A stretch of DNA of 48,731 nt. It comes from Chromera velia. Lineage: Eukaryota. Within the stretch, counting starts at the first letter, position 1. Each line of letters begins with the position of its first letter. Of this stretch, positions 47,601 to 48,731 are shown in pieces. Under the pieces are notes generated by a model. It did not search any database. It was given only the letters and a program-made list of their open reading frames with translations, and had not been told where the DNA came from. A program made the translations under genes and the position numbers. Location: contig JAHBMJ010000428.1 of the NCBI GenBank assembly GCA_018398765.1, forward strand, positions 1-48,731, in the 5' to 3' direction.

Positions 47601-48731
47601 GCCTCTCGAAGAGAGAGCGGAAACCTCTGGCGATCAGGGACCCAAAAACTCAGGTTGGTTCGTTGGTTCCTTGCTTACTTGCTTGGCGGGTTAGCTGCTT
47701 TTTTGGTTGCTAGGTTGGAAAACATACAACCAACCCATTCAGGAGAGAGAAGTTCTCTCTGTGGATTTTGTCTGCTTCTTTCCTTACTTCCTTCCTTCCT
47801 TCCTTCTTTTGAACTTATTTTTGAAAGACTGACCCATCAATGGTCTGGCAGTTTTCACGCTACTCTGCAAATAATTGACTTGAATCAATTGTGGGAAAGA
47901 AGAAGGACAGGAAGCTTGACTGACCGTTTGATCACATCTAATTGTTCCTCTCACTCTTTCAGTCCGTGTGTGTAGAGCTGTGAGTCTCCCTCCCTCCCTC
48001 TGTATGGCTATGTGTGTTGCTTGATTGATTGATTGGCCTGTGCATGTATGTGTGAGTGCAGAAAATCGTGGCAGGGGGATCGCATGCCGACGATTCCATT
48101 TCACGTGCCAGCAGTCTCGTGCCTGACCGGCCTGGCACGGGAGGAGGGGGAACGGCAGACGCGTCGACCTCCGCTGCTGCCTCCCAGGGCACTGGAGCGG
48201 GAGCGGCCGGAGCTGGGGACCAGCAGCAGCAGCAAGAGGACAATACGCAGGGGGGGGATTCGGCAGCTGCTGCCGGAGGACCTTCTGGGGATATGGATGA
48301 GGGGGGTGATGGGACGACAGGGACGAATTGGGGTGACTCTGGTGGGGATTTGCAACAGCAGCAGGAGAACCCGAATCACCATCAGAATCCTGCAGCAGCA
48401 GCAGCAGAAAGGAGCCAACAGCCTGACTCCGGGGACCTCTCTAAGGTCGGCCTCTTGCGGACCCCCAACGTACCTCACCCAGGAGGAACAGGCGCAGGAG
48501 CAGGGGGTCAACAGCAGCCCCTCACCTTTCCAGTGGCTGTACATCCACCCAGCTCCGCTCATGCAGGGGGGAACATGCCGCCCAGCCCTGCCCCGCGCCC
48601 CCCCCCTCCCCCGGGTCCCCTCCCCCCCAAAAGACATTTGGGTGACCCCCCGGCTGCTCCTCCTGCCAATGTGGGGCGTCGGGTCTCTGGGAGTCAAGGG
48701 GACCTTTCATCGTCTCAGCCACCCCCCCCCC
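41518..48731 (+). CDS. large multi-exon protein, 3'-incomplete: split ubiquitin-like domain fused to a Gly/Pro/Gln-rich region with an eIF4G-like motif
   Basis: Supported exons: ~42037-43017, 43425-44177, 44561-44592, 44816-46951 (crosses the N gap at 44990-45007, so frame there is unverified), 47376-47653, 48062-window end. The 5' end is uncertain: ATG 41518 with a phase-1 donor after 41590 or 41692, or in-frame ATG 42528. UBL reads LQLFLKDLDG/RTHLLRV..IEKKTGLP..WRLLSGRRQI..LGLEDLSTLTIVGRLKGG; later KRERKPLAIRDPKTQKI. Confidence 0.72.
43676..43771 (+). repeat. 48-bp in-frame tandem duplication (MVDRGPEKERSD x2)
   Basis: Units start at 43676 and 43724, within the UBL insertion. Confidence 0.92.
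44990..45007. other. assembly gap (N run) in a G-rich coding exon
   Basis: 18 N bases; the apparent frame change across it is unresolvable. Confidence 0.98.

Overview
Intron-rich, microsatellite-laden eukaryotic DNA, most likely from a photosynthetic relative of apicomplexans such as Chromera velia. This assignment is inferred from an apicomplexan-type PKG beside a plastid-targeted arginine-biosynthesis enzyme. Four spliced genes were assembled by hand: (1) a complete 31-exon cGMP-dependent protein kinase (minus, 490-18092); (2) a head-to-head 4-exon membrane GNAT/NAT8-like acetyltransferase (plus, 18772-21426); (3) a 12-exon acetylornithine aminotransferase with a bipartite plastid-targeting leader (minus, 30302-37554); (4) a large gene running off the right edge, in which a ubiquitin-like domain split by a ~170-aa insertion ends in RLKGG directly before the Met of a Gly/Pro/Gln-rich protein with an eIF4G-like PABP-binding motif. 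Between them lie a decayed, 5'-truncated CRE-like non-LTR retrotransposon (in-frame ~300-codon insertion inside its RT; C-to-T-biased decay), candidate MITE and Helitron remnants, minisatellites and three N gaps. Most ORFs in the supplied track are simple-repeat artefacts. No RNA gene or CRISPR array is supported.
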